Position numbers and translations under genes: made by a program. Shown piece by piece: positions 43,364-53,048 of a stretch of DNA of 64,000 bases. The notes under the pieces are model-generated. The model made no database searches, was not told the DNA's origin, and saw nothing but the letters and a program-made list of their open reading frames with translations. Every line of letters starts with the position of its first letter. The stretch's first letter is position 1. This stretch comes from Thermomicrobiales bacterium (GTDB taxonomy: Bacteria; Chloroflexota; Chloroflexia; Thermomicrobiales; CFX8), in NCBI GenBank assembly GCA_041390865.1, contig JAWKPC010000003.1:342484-406483 (forward strand). Reading direction: 5' to 3'.

Positions 43364-44671
43364 TCAATAGAAGAACGGAAGATACCAGAAGAGAAAGTAG
43401 GCGGCTGAGAGCGCGACCGAAAGCGCCCCGATCTGGACCGCCGCCATGTCGCCGCCAAGCCGCCGGACACCGGCGACCACCAGTGTGACGAGCGGCGGAA
43501 AGACCCCGAGCAGCATCCGCCCGTGTGGATGGGCCAGCCCGGAGTCGTTCGCGATCCAGAGCGCGGCGATCATCCCGCCGAAGAGAACGGCACACAGGAT
43601 CAGCTTGTCCCGGTGTTGCGCTGTTGATTGCCATCCATCCCGGCCAATGAACAACCCGATCGCCCCGGACACCGAGACCAGCAGGAGGACGAGGCCGGTA
43701 ATCAAGCGCAGCGATCCGCCGTCATAGGCGCCCCAGTAGCTCGACCAGCTATTCAGCCAGAGCTCGCCAACGAAGTCGGCGACTCCGAGGGACTGAGACC
43801 GACCGACGATGTCGACGAAAGCATTCGCGCTATTGATAACGTCATACTGCGAATAGGTCCAGGCGCCCCAGATCAGAAATCCAACGACTCCCGGTCCGAT
43901 AGCCAGCAGGAAAATGCTAGCAGTGAGCTGGCGCCGCCGGAGCAGGATGGCCAGCGCTGCCAGCGTGACAAGGAGCAGAATGGAGCCTTGCCCTTTGGTC
44001 AGCACCGCCGCCGCGCCGATCAAGCCGAGGAAGAGCGCCTGATCCGTCCGCCGATCCTCGAGCAGCCGCGACGCCATCAGCGTTCCTGCAGCGATCATCA
44101 AACCGGCCAGCAGATCGTTGTTCACCCTGCCCGAGGCGGCGGCAACGGAGGGAATCGCAACGACCGAGAGAGCTATCGCACCCCAGACGGCGGGATCGGC
44201 ATCCGGAAGCCAGTCGCGGGCATACCCCCAGCTGATGCCGGCCATCGCGAACAAGAGGAAGATCCCGAAGAGGCGCGCGGCGTAGAGCTCCCGCCATGCA
44301 TCGTCGCCGCTCAGCAACGTCAGCGGTGAGACAAGCGCATGATAAAGCGGCGGATGATAGGCCTCGTAGCTCCAGCTCTCCAGCCCGAATTCGTTCTGCT
44401 CCACCGTCGGCGGTCTGCCGATGCGGAGTTGCGACCAGCGTTCCGTCGCGACGGCGCTGTCGAGGATCCGCTGCTGGACCGGGTCGTCGATCTCCGGCAA
44501 CGTCTGGTCATCGATCAGATAGAGGGCGTAGCTGAGGTGCTGCTCTTCGTCGAAGAGGTCCCAGGTCGGTACGGTGATGATATACAGGATCGAATGGAGG
44601 ATCGCGAAGATGAAGACCCCGGCGAAGATCGCCCGGCCGCGTCGGTTGAGATCTGTTACCGGATCACGCAC
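43364..44671 (-). CDS. GT-C-fold membrane glycosyltransferase (GT39/GT83, PMT/ArnT-like)
   Basis: First-loop acidic motif WDLFDEEQH, a YHPPLY motif, and more than 10 TM segments. Confidence 0.65.
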   Translation of the reverse strand: MRDPVTDLNRRGRAIFAGVFIFAILHSILYIITVPTWDLFDEEQHLSYALYLIDDQTLPEIDDPVQQRILDSAVATERWSQLRIGRPPTVEQNEFGLESWSYEAYHPPLYHALVSPLTLLSGDDAWRELYAARLFGIFLLFAMAGISWGYARDWLPDADPAVWGAIALSVVAIPSVAAASGRVNNDLLAGLMIAAGTLMASRLLEDRRTDQALFLGLIGAAAVLTKGQGSILLLVTLAALAILLRRRQLTASIFLLAIGPGVVGFLIWGAWTYSQYDVINSANAFVDIVGRSQSLGVADFVGELWLNSWSSYWGAYDGGSLRLITGLVLLLVSVSGAIGLFIGRDGWQSTAQHRDKLILCAVLFGGMIAALWIANDSGLAHPHGRMLLGVFPPLVTLVVAGVRRLGGDMAAVQIGALSVALSAAYFLFWYLPFFY

Positions 44672-45938
44672 GTTGCCGCCGCCTCAATGGTTCGATCAGC
44701 TTCCAGGCCATCCAGAGAGAGACGGCGGTGAGAATCGAGCGGAACGCCCCGAAGAATTGCCGCGGCTCGATTCTCGCGGCGATCGCCTCATATGGATCCG
44801 GCAGACTCGCCACGCGATCGCCGATCGTCGGCCGGAGGAGCTCCCAGGTCGTCCAGGAGCCCCACTGCATGAAGTAGACCCCTAGCAGGACGACCTGCAG
44901 GGCGTGGTAGGCAATCAGCGTCCGATTCGTCGCGATCGTCAGGGCCAGGAACGGAACGAGCCAGATCGACCAGTGGGGATGGAAGAAGGTCAGGCCGAAC
45001 AGCAGCAGGAACGAGCCGGCTGCGACGGTCGGATATTCATCCGGTGAGATGTCCCGTTCAATGAACCAGAAAAGCGCCAGCATGTAGACCAGCGGGAAGA
45101 AGAAGATGAAGTCGTCGAACCGCAACCGCACGCCGGCATCCAGCCAGTTCTGAAAATGCTGGTGGGTATCGATGATCTCCAGCGTCGGGCTTTCGCCGGT
45201 CCCGATGATGCCGAATAGCTCGACAGCCGCCCAGAGCCCGGCCAGAACGCCGACGGCAACAGCAAGCTGCTTGCGGTTCTTCCTGAACGCCAGCAAGTAA
45301 TACGGAACGAGCACGACCGGAAAGAAGCGCATCAACGTAGCGATGCCGAGCAGCACCAGACCGACGAGCCGTCCGGAGTCGGTCGCGCGGCGGGCAGCGA
45401 GGAGCGAGAGCAGCACGAGCAGTATCGCGATGACGTCGTGGCGCCCGAACACCGCCGTGGCATAGATCACTAGCGGGTTGAGGAGCCAGAACGCCGCCAC
45501 GGCGAATCTCCGCCCCGGCACGACGAGACGGGTCAGTACCCAGGCGGTCGCCAGGTCGGCGACGACGTAGGGCAGCTTCATCAGGAACACCGCCCGGTGG
45601 ACGTGGTCATACTCGATGAAACGGCGGTAGTCGGCCATGCTTGCGCCGACCCCGGCCTCGGACGCCGTCGGCGACCAGATCCCGGCGCTGTCCGGCAGCA
45701 GCGGCCTGATCATCAATAACCACACGTTATGGAGCGACTGGATGAGGATCTGGGCCGTCCAGCCGAACCACTCGCCGTCATAGGCTGCCTCAGCCGCCCG
45801 GGAATAGATCTGATAGGCGTCCATATGGAGGGTCAACGGCATGACGATAAGGCGGATAACGATCGCGATGGTCCAGAGAAGCAACCAGCGCCGCTCGCGC
45901 GCGAAATCCCGAACCATTTCAGGCAAACCGCTCGTCAA
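44664..45938 (-). CDS. Polytopic membrane protein, possible second GT-C-type glycosyltransferase (DUF2029-like)
   Basis: More than 10 TM segments. It overlaps its neighbours by 8 and 20 nt. The family call is tentative. Confidence 0.55.
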   Translation of the reverse strand: MTSGLPEMVRDFARERRWLLLWTIAIVIRLIVMPLTLHMDAYQIYSRAAEAAYDGEWFGWTAQILIQSLHNVWLLMIRPLLPDSAGIWSPTASEAGVGASMADYRRFIEYDHVHRAVFLMKLPYVVADLATAWVLTRLVVPGRRFAVAAFWLLNPLVIYATAVFGRHDVIAILLVLLSLLAARRATDSGRLVGLVLLGIATLMRFFPVVLVPYYLLAFRKNRKQLAVAVGVLAGLWAAVELFGIIGTGESPTLEIIDTHQHFQNWLDAGVRLRFDDFIFFFPLVYMLALFWFIERDISPDEYPTVAAGSFLLLFGLTFFHPHWSIWLVPFLALTIATNRTLIAYHALQVVLLGVYFMQWGSWTTWELLRPTIGDRVASLPDPYEAIAARIEPRQFFGAFRSILTAVSLWMAWKLIEPLRRRQRA

Positions 45939-46854
45939 TGCGCCGGGCGACCCGCACCAGTGCTAGCGACAGCGGGAGCGCCGACACGAGCAGAACGCGC
46001 TGAACGATCGCGAGAGTCAGCAGCGTCGCGGTCGTCGCCCCGGTGACAGCCGTTAACGCGACGATCACTGCCTCGCGAACGCCGACGCCGCCGGGAACCG
46101 GCGCCAGCATCCCGGCCAGACCCGGGACGGTCGCGATTGCCAGCACATCGACGATGACAATATTGATTCCGTGGGCCCAGAACAGGAGTCCGACGACGAT
46201 GACCTGCAGCACCCAGTACAGAAAGGTCAGGCCTCCCACCTCTGAGCGGTTCACCCGCCTACCGAGCTGGCGCGCCGACTCGATCAGCTGCTCGATGTGC
46301 CGCATCAGCCGGAACCGCCGTGCCACGAAAATACCGACAAAAAGCACCGCAACGAGTGCCGCGACGAGCAGGAAAGCCGCCGTGCCGCTTAGCGACGGGA
46401 TCGCGTCCCGGAAAGCCGATGGGCCGATGATGAGGATCGCCAGCGCTGACGTGATCGCCATCAGGCCGAGGTCCAGGCTGTGCTCGAACCCGATCGAAAG
46501 CGCCGAGGCGTGATAGGGAACTGATCTCGTCTGGTTGGCGAGGACCGCCTTCGCCGAGGCGCCGACAAAGCCAGGACTCGCATAGTTCAAGAGCGCGGAG
46601 CTGACTGTGATGTCGCTGACCTCACCGATTGACAGCGGCACATCCAGCGACCGCATGACGACCTGCCACCGCCAGGCATGGACCAACGGCAACGCCATCC
46701 CGACGATGACAACGAGGACGAGCGGCAGAGGTCTTGCGTCCCGGAGACCCTGCCAGGCATCGGCCATGACCCCGGTCGCCCAGAGAACGACGATCGCGAT
46801 GAGCAACCCTGCCCAGAATGCCAGCGCCGTCGGATTCCCCAGCAACCGCCTCAT
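45919..46854 (-). CDS. Flippase-like membrane protein (lysyl-PG synthase TM region / UPF0104 family)
   Basis: About 8 TM segments. N-terminal pattern ...LVHAWRWQVVMRSLDV...LLNYASPG is typical of this family as far as I recall. Confidence 0.65.
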   Translation of the reverse strand: MRRLLGNPTALAFWAGLLIAIVVLWATGVMADAWQGLRDARPLPLVLVVIVGMALPLVHAWRWQVVMRSLDVPLSIGEVSDITVSSALLNYASPGFVGASAKAVLANQTRSVPYHASALSIGFEHSLDLGLMAITSALAILIIGPSAFRDAIPSLSGTAAFLLVAALVAVLFVGIFVARRFRLMRHIEQLIESARQLGRRVNRSEVGGLTFLYWVLQVIVVGLLFWAHGINIVIVDVLAIATVPGLAGMLAPVPGGVGVREAVIVALTAVTGATTATLLTLAIVQRVLLVSALPLSLALVRVARRIDERFA

Positions 46855-48065
46855 CGACGCGCGCCAGCCCGATCCAGGATCTCGCCGGCGATCTCGGTCA
46901 GGCGCTCGCCAGAGGCCGTCCGCTCCCAGGCCTCACGCCCCGCTTTTCCGATGCGGTGACGAAGCACGACATCGTCGGCAAGCTCGCCAATCGCCGACGC
47001 CAGCGCGTCCGGATCATCCGGAGGCACGAGCATGGCGGACTCCCGATGAGCGAGCATCCGGCGGACTGCGGGACTATCCCCGGTCACGACCGGTATCCCG
47101 CAAGCCAGCGCCTGATGGACTTTGTTCGGAATGACTCTCGCCGCCTTCCCTCCACCATCGAACACCCCCAACGCCACGTCGGCGGCGCGCAACCGCTCCC
47201 CTAATTCGCTATAGGGTAGCCAATCCGTCCAGTCTACGTTTCCGAGCGCCAGATCGTCAGCCAGCCTTCGGGCCGCGCCATATTGCTGGCCGGTGCCGAT
47301 CAACTCGACGCGCAGACCAGGATGCGTCGACTCGAGGATGCCAGCAGCCCGAAGGATCGTCTCGACGCCATGCAGCGGGATGAACTTGCCATAGAAGAGC
47401 ACGTCGAGCGCGCCGGAATCGTTTCCACCGTTTGACTTGCCTGGAAAAAAGATCGATTCGTCCACGCCGACCGGCAGGACGATGACCTTGCCGGGGCTCA
47501 AATTCGCCCGTCTGACGATGTACTCGCGATTCTCGGGAGTATCAACGATCACGATGTCAGCTAGCCGCAGCGACCAGCGATCCAGATACTCGATCAGCGA
47601 GGCGACCGGCGTTCCGGCAGCCACCAGACCTCGATCCTCGATGATCGTGTCTCCAAGAGTCACCAAAGGATTAAAGATGACCGGTCGCTGAAGAAGGCGG
47701 GAAATCGGAGCGAGAAGCAGCATATCGAGCTGCCCGAAATAGCCGACGACGAGTGCCCGGCACCGGAGCAGCCTGAGCGCAACATCGATGGAGCGAGGGA
47801 TCGCGCCGGCGAGCACTCGGAGACCGGCGGCGATAAAGCCTGTCTCGCTACTTCGGGGCTGAGCGTCGCTGCTTCGGGGCTTCGGCCACTCAACGCGAAC
47901 GCCCGCGGCCTGGAAAGCCCGAACGACGTCGACATTTCTGGAGTAATCCGGGTCATAGCTGGCGACGTAACAGATCGACCGACGCAACGGGATCACCGGC
48001 GCATCGACGAGACGATTGGTGCGCGACCGTACATGGCCGTCCAACTCGCGGATACGATGAACCAA
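46851..48065 (-). CDS. Glycosyltransferase family 4 (GT-B, Glycos_transf_1)
   Basis: C-terminal FGVFDGGGKAARVIPNKVHQALACGIPVV is the E/K-x7-E-type region. 404 aa. Confidence 0.85.
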   Translation of the reverse strand: MVHRIRELDGHVRSRTNRLVDAPVIPLRRSICYVASYDPDYSRNVDVVRAFQAAGVRVEWPKPRSSDAQPRSSETGFIAAGLRVLAGAIPRSIDVALRLLRCRALVVGYFGQLDMLLLAPISRLLQRPVIFNPLVTLGDTIIEDRGLVAAGTPVASLIEYLDRWSLRLADIVIVDTPENREYIVRRANLSPGKVIVLPVGVDESIFFPGKSNGGNDSGALDVLFYGKFIPLHGVETILRAAGILESTHPGLRVELIGTGQQYGAARRLADDLALGNVDWTDWLPYSELGERLRAADVALGVFDGGGKAARVIPNKVHQALACGIPVVTGDSPAVRRMLAHRESAMLVPPDDPDALASAIGELADDVVLRHRIGKAGREAWERTASGERLTEIAGEILDRAGARR

Positions 48066-48072
48066 TGGCTCT

Positions 48073-48375
48073 TCATCTCAGGTCGGTGAATCGCCATGCA
48101 ATTTCATCTATCGTTGCCTCCACGGTCATTAGCTCGATGTCCGGCCACGGCACGCTCGTCCAGTCCTGGATCTGACGCAGCCGCTCCGCTTGTTGATCGA
48201 AGCATACGACTCCGTATCGTCCCGAATCGCGATCCCGGGGAAACGGCCACAAGATGGCGTCCACCCTTAACGACCAGCTAGCGAAATCACGGCATACTTC
48301 ACTGCGGAAACATACATAGGGCGCGCCGGCCTGAACGAACCCGGACACGGCCGGCCACAACGCAAGGGGTCGCAT
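48073..48375 (-). CDS. Possible small protein (100 aa) upstream of the GT4 gene; may be non-coding
   Basis: ORF from the internal Met (MRPLALWPAV...). GC3 is about 67% by hand count, slightly below its neighbours. Its start codon abuts the start of the divergent gene. Confidence 0.3.
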   Translation of the reverse strand: MRPLALWPAVSGFVQAGAPYVCFRSEVCRDFASWSLRVDAILWPFPRDRDSGRYGVVCFDQQAERLRQIQDWTSVPWPDIELMTVEATIDEIAWRFTDLR

Positions 48376-49616
48376 TGAAGAAAGTGGAACCAGCCGAGCT
48401 GGCGATATCCGATTACGAGCGCGTCGTCGGTCCGCAAGCGATTGAGGAATTGCGCGACCTGGCGGAGTCACTGCGCGGCAAAAGAGTCATCCATATCAAC
48501 GCGACGCCGGTTGGTGGTGGAGTGGCCGAGATTCTGAAGTCCGAGATCCCGCTCCTGCGCTCGCTCGGTATCGACGCCGAATGGTGGGCGCTGGAAGCGA
48601 CTGACGAGTTCTTTGCGATCACGAAGAGGATGCACAACGGCCTCCAGAGCGCCGATGTCGGATTTTCCGAAGCGGACTGGAAGATCTATCACGATCAACA
48701 GGAGGTCAACGCCCGGGATCTTCCCGAGGCCGACCTCGTCGTCGTCCACGATCCCCAGCCGATGGCGATAGCCGGATTCAGTAGCGGAAAAGCCGATGCC
48801 TGGATCTGGCGCCTGCACGTTGACTCCTCGCGGCCGAACGCCGAACTCTGGAGCCATCTCAGCCCCCAGCTCGAACCGTACGCGCTGGCGGTCTTTACCC
48901 TCGACCAGTTCGCGCCGCCGGATGTTCGGCCCGAGATGCGCCGGTTCGTCGCGCCGGCAATCGATCCCCTCACGAGCAAGAACCGGCCGATTCCGATTTC
49001 GAAAGCGCTGGAACGAGTCGACTCGATCGGGATCAACACCAATCGCCCGCTGCTTTCACAGGTCGCGCGGCTCGATATCTGGAAGGACCCGTGGGGGGTC
49101 ATCGACGCCTACCGGCTAGTGAAGCAGGACATTCCGCGCGTCCAGCTCGCGCTGCTCGGCGTCATCGCTGCTCAGGACGATCCGGAGGCGTACGGCGTTT
49201 TTGCGGAAGTCAACGAGTACGCCGACGGAGATCCTGATATCCACATCTTTGTCGATCCGTCGATCATCGGCGAGCAGGAAGTCGCCGCCGTCCAGACCGT
49301 CTCGCAGGTAGTCTTCCAGAAAAGCATCCAGGAGGGATTCGGCCTCTCGGTGACGGAAGCGCTCTGGAAAGCCACGCCGGTGATCGGCGGGCGCGCCGGC
49401 GGCATCCCGCTCCAGATTCAACCCGGTATCGGCGGCCATCTCGTCGAGGGAGCGGAGGAAGCCGCCGGGCGGACAATAGATCTCCTAGTCGATCCACCCG
49501 AAGCCAGAGAGCTGGGCGTCAACGGCCGCGTCCACGTCCGGGACAACTTCCTGATCACCCGGTTGATCCGCGACGAGCTGAACCTCTATCGTGAAGCGCT
49601 CGGCATCCAGTCGTGA
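48375..49616 (+). CDS. Glycosyltransferase family 4, trehalose-synthase (TreT)-like
   Basis: N-terminal VIHINATPVGGGVAEIL and C-terminal FQKSIQEGFGLSVTEALWK. The start could instead be GTG at 48384. Confidence 0.8.
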   Translation: MKKVEPAELAISDYERVVGPQAIEELRDLAESLRGKRVIHINATPVGGGVAEILKSEIPLLRSLGIDAEWWALEATDEFFAITKRMHNGLQSADVGFSEADWKIYHDQQEVNARDLPEADLVVVHDPQPMAIAGFSSGKADAWIWRLHVDSSRPNAELWSHLSPQLEPYALAVFTLDQFAPPDVRPEMRRFVAPAIDPLTSKNRPIPISKALERVDSIGINTNRPLLSQVARLDIWKDPWGVIDAYRLVKQDIPRVQLALLGVIAAQDDPEAYGVFAEVNEYADGDPDIHIFVDPSIIGEQEVAAVQTVSQVVFQKSIQEGFGLSVTEALWKATPVIGGRAGGIPLQIQPGIGGHLVEGAEEAAGRTIDLLVDPPEARELGVNGRVHVRDNFLITRLIRDELNLYREALGIQS

Positions 49617-49761
49617 CCCGGCAACTTATGGACCGCAGACTCTGGTCACCAGGATTTAGGCCAGCATAGTCCGGGCAATCACGTGCAGGGAATGCCTGAA
49701 CAAAGGCGAGCAGGGCGCAGTTCTCGATGACAATACGAGAGCCGGAAACGGAGAGAACGAG

Positions 49762-50145
49762 ATGATAAAGCGGGTCGGCGTGGTAACGGTGCATGTCTAC
49801 GACCAGGACGCCGCGATCGATTTCTACACCAACAAGCTCGGTATGACGCTCGTCACCGACAACGATATGGGCGACGGCACGCGCTGGGTCGTCGTCAAGC
49901 CCAGCGACGGCGAGACGACGATCACGCTCTACAAGTTACCGGACCACGAACCGGGGCAGTTCCCGATCGGTTCGCACCACCCGATCGTGCTCGTCGTCGA
50001 CGATCTGGAGCGTACCTACGAAGAACTCGTGGAGCGAGGCGTCGAGTTCAGCCATCCACCGTTCGATTCAGGCTCGGACGCAAAATCGGCGATGTTCCTT
50101 GACGCCGACAAGAACGAACTGATCCTGACGGACGCGCGAAGCTAG
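49762..50145 (+). CDS. VOC-family (glyoxalase/bleomycin-resistance fold) protein
   Basis: 127 aa with the VHVYDQDAAIDFYTNKLGM...VEFSHPP pattern. Confidence 0.85.
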   Translation: MIKRVGVVTVHVYDQDAAIDFYTNKLGMTLVTDNDMGDGTRWVVVKPSDGETTITLYKLPDHEPGQFPIGSHHPIVLVVDDLERTYEELVERGVEFSHPPFDSGSDAKSAMFLDADKNELILTDARS

Positions 50146-50289
50146 GATGGGCGATCCGCTGATCACCGACATCGACATCATCGGCGGCGTCGGAAACGAT
50201 CTGGTCCAGTCACTCACACCAGCAATCCACCGGCTGATCTGAACGGCTGGTTGCATCTATACTGCCGCCGGTAGGAGTTCGCGAGACGC

Positions 50290-51480
50290 ATGCCGGGAGA
50301 GATTGTGACCACACCGCAAGTCGTTGCCATTCATGACGATGTCGTGCCGATCAAGTCATCCATCCGCAACGCATTCATCGACTTCAGACAGATGACGGCG
50401 TCCGTCGTCGCGATCGTCACCAACGTCGAGCGCAACGGCAAACCCGTCGTCGGCTACGGCTTTAACTCGAACGGCCGCTACGCGCCGGCCGGTCTGCTCA
50501 GGGAGCGCTTCATTCCTCGCCTGCTCGACGCCGACCCGGCAAGCATTGTCGATGAGCCGGGAACGAATCTCGATCCCGCACGCGCCTGGGACGTCATGAT
50601 GACGGGAGAGAAGCCCGGCGGGCATGGAGAGCGCTCGGTGGCGGTCGGCGTGCTCGACATGGCACTCTGGGACGCTGCCGCCAAGATCGAGGAGCGGCCG
50701 CTCTACGAGCTGCTCGCCGAGCGGTATGGCGATGGCAAGCCTGTAGAACGAGTCTGGGTCTACGCGGCGGGCGGATACTACGAGCCCGGCAAGGGCCTGC
50801 CCGAGCTTCAACGAGAAATGCGGGGCTACCTGGATCTCGGCTACACCACGGTCAAGATCAAGATTGGCGGCGCTTCTCTGGACGAGGACATCCGCCGCCT
50901 CGAAGCCGTCCTCGAGCTGGTCGACGAAGGCAGCCAGCTGGCGGTCGACGCCAATGGCCGCTTCGATCTCGATGAAGCCCTCGCCTATGCCGAAGCCCTG
51001 GAACCCTATGGATTGCGCTGGTACGAGGAAGCGGGAGATCCGCTCGACTTCGAGTTGCAGGCGAAGCTCTCCCCGGTCTACGACCCGCCAATGGCCACCG
51101 GCGAGAATCTCTTCTCGCTCCCGGACGCCCGGAACCTCATCCGCTACGCCGGTATGCGGCCCGACCGGGACGTTCTCCAGTTCGATCCGGCCCTGTCATA
51201 TGGGCTGGTGGAGTATCTGAGGATTCTCGACATGCTCGACGACCATGGCTGGCCGCGTAGCCGGTGCGTGCCGCATGGCGGCCACCAGTTCGCGCTGAAC
51301 ATCGCCGCCGGTCTCGGGCTGGGCGGCAACGAATCTTACCCGGACGTCTTCCAGCCATTCGGCGGCTTTGCCGATGCCGAGAGGGTCGTCGACGGTCACG
51401 TATCGCTGCCCAGTGTCCCCGGCATCGGCTTCGAGGCGAAAGCGAATCTCTGGGCCGTGATGGAGCCGCTCGGCAGCTGA
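50290..51480 (+). CDS. Enolase-superfamily enzyme (mandelate racemase/muconate lactonizing family)
   Basis: KIKIGG, VDANGRF, WYEEAGDP and ATGENL carry the metal-ligand motifs. Confidence 0.85.
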   Translation: MPGEIVTTPQVVAIHDDVVPIKSSIRNAFIDFRQMTASVVAIVTNVERNGKPVVGYGFNSNGRYAPAGLLRERFIPRLLDADPASIVDEPGTNLDPARAWDVMMTGEKPGGHGERSVAVGVLDMALWDAAAKIEERPLYELLAERYGDGKPVERVWVYAAGGYYEPGKGLPELQREMRGYLDLGYTTVKIKIGGASLDEDIRRLEAVLELVDEGSQLAVDANGRFDLDEALAYAEALEPYGLRWYEEAGDPLDFELQAKLSPVYDPPMATGENLFSLPDARNLIRYAGMRPDRDVLQFDPALSYGLVEYLRILDMLDDHGWPRSRCVPHGGHQFALNIAAGLGLGGNESYPDVFQPFGGFADAERVVDGHVSLPSVPGIGFEAKANLWAVMEPLGS

Positions 51481-51516
51481 TTCGCGGGATTCCGAACGAC
51501 AGAACTCAGTCGAAGA

Positions 51517-52905
51517 TCACTTCCCGATACAGAAACGGCTGAAGATCTCATCGAGCACGGCCTCGCTGACGTGCTCGCCGGTGATCTCCCCGACGGCATA
51601 GAGGGCAGTCCGTACATCGACGGCGATCAGGTCGAGAGGCACTTCCGCCGACCTGGCATCGATCGCCGAACGAATCGATGCTTCGGCGCGGCGAAGCGCG
51701 TCGAACTGTCGGCTCGTGACCAACGCCGGCTTCGTCGCCGATTCGGATTGACCGACAGCAACATCGTGGAGCAAGGTCACCAGGTCGCCGAGTCCATCCC
51801 GCGACACCGTCGAGATCGATAGCGTCGGTACGGTCTCCAATAACGCCACTCCGGCAGGATCGACCTGCCTGGGTCGATCGGATTTGTTCAGAACGCAAAC
51901 GATTCCCGCTGGATCGAGCCGCTGCTCGACAAGCTCGATGACCTGAAGGTCCGCGTCGGTCAGCGGCTCGGATGCATCGAGCACGACGACCACCAGTGCG
52001 CTTGTCGACAGCGCGTGCCGCGAGCGTTCGACCCCGATGGCCTCGACCACGTCTGCCGTCTCGGTAATCCCGGCCGTGTCGAGCAGCGTCGCCGGGATGC
52101 CGCCGAGATTGATCGTCTCGGAGACGACGTCGCGCGTCGTGCCGGCGATCTCGGTGACGATCGCCCGTTCCTGGCCGACCAGGGCATTGAGCAGGCTGGA
52201 TTTGCCGACATTCGGTCGTCCGACAATCGCTATCTGCAGCCCCTCGCGATAGAGCAGGCCCGTCTGGGCCGAGTCAACCACCTCGCCGAGCACGCGCGCG
52301 ACGCGGTCCAGCGCCTCGTCGACATCGAGCTCGGGGATCTCATCCTCCGGAAAATCCGCCGCGGCATCGAGAAATGCCATCGTCTCGACCAGGGCGTCCC
52401 GGGCCGGCTTCAGCCGTTCCGTCATCCGGCCACGCAATTCGGAGATCGCCAGATCCAACGAACGTCCGGTCTGGGCGGAGACGACGCCGGCAACCGCTTC
52501 GGCCTGGCTCAGGTCAATACGGCCATTCAGGAAGGCGCGTAGCGTGAACTCGCCGGGTTCGGCCAGCCTCGCCCCGGCCCCAAGGCAAAGACCGAGCACC
52601 GACCGCACCGGGACGTAACCGCCGTGGCTGTGGATCTCGACGACGTCCTCCCGGGTATAGCTCTTCGGAGACCGCATCCAGACGAACATGACCTCGTCGA
52701 CGACGGAGCCATCCGACGGGTCGACGGCGGAGCCGTAGTACATCCGGTGGCTCTCGATACGCTCCGCGTTCGGAACGCTGAGTGACCTGCCCGATCTGAA
52801 GAATGAAAGCGCGAACGGAAGGGAGTCGGGACCGCTCAAGCGAACGATCCCGACTCCTGCTTCACCGGGAGCCGTGGCGATTGCGGCAATCGTGTCTAGG
52901 TACAT
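51517..52905 (-). CDS. mnmE: tRNA modification GTPase MnmE
   Basis: GRPNVGKSSLLN G1 motif, DTAG, NKSD, and a C-terminal FCIGK. Confidence 0.92.
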   Translation of the reverse strand: MYLDTIAAIATAPGEAGVGIVRLSGPDSLPFALSFFRSGRSLSVPNAERIESHRMYYGSAVDPSDGSVVDEVMFVWMRSPKSYTREDVVEIHSHGGYVPVRSVLGLCLGAGARLAEPGEFTLRAFLNGRIDLSQAEAVAGVVSAQTGRSLDLAISELRGRMTERLKPARDALVETMAFLDAAADFPEDEIPELDVDEALDRVARVLGEVVDSAQTGLLYREGLQIAIVGRPNVGKSSLLNALVGQERAIVTEIAGTTRDVVSETINLGGIPATLLDTAGITETADVVEAIGVERSRHALSTSALVVVVLDASEPLTDADLQVIELVEQRLDPAGIVCVLNKSDRPRQVDPAGVALLETVPTLSISTVSRDGLGDLVTLLHDVAVGQSESATKPALVTSRQFDALRRAEASIRSAIDARSAEVPLDLIAVDVRTALYAVGEITGEHVSEAVLDEIFSRFCIGK

Positions 52906-53048
52906 CTGCTAGGTATCTGGATGTGAGACCGGGACATCGTCAGCGACCGGGTACGAACTCCCGATTGTTCACTTCGGTGAATGTAGATCCCTCGACAGGC
53001 TCGGGATGGCAGTATCCTGGTCATCGACTTCGTCTTTTCGGATTCCCT

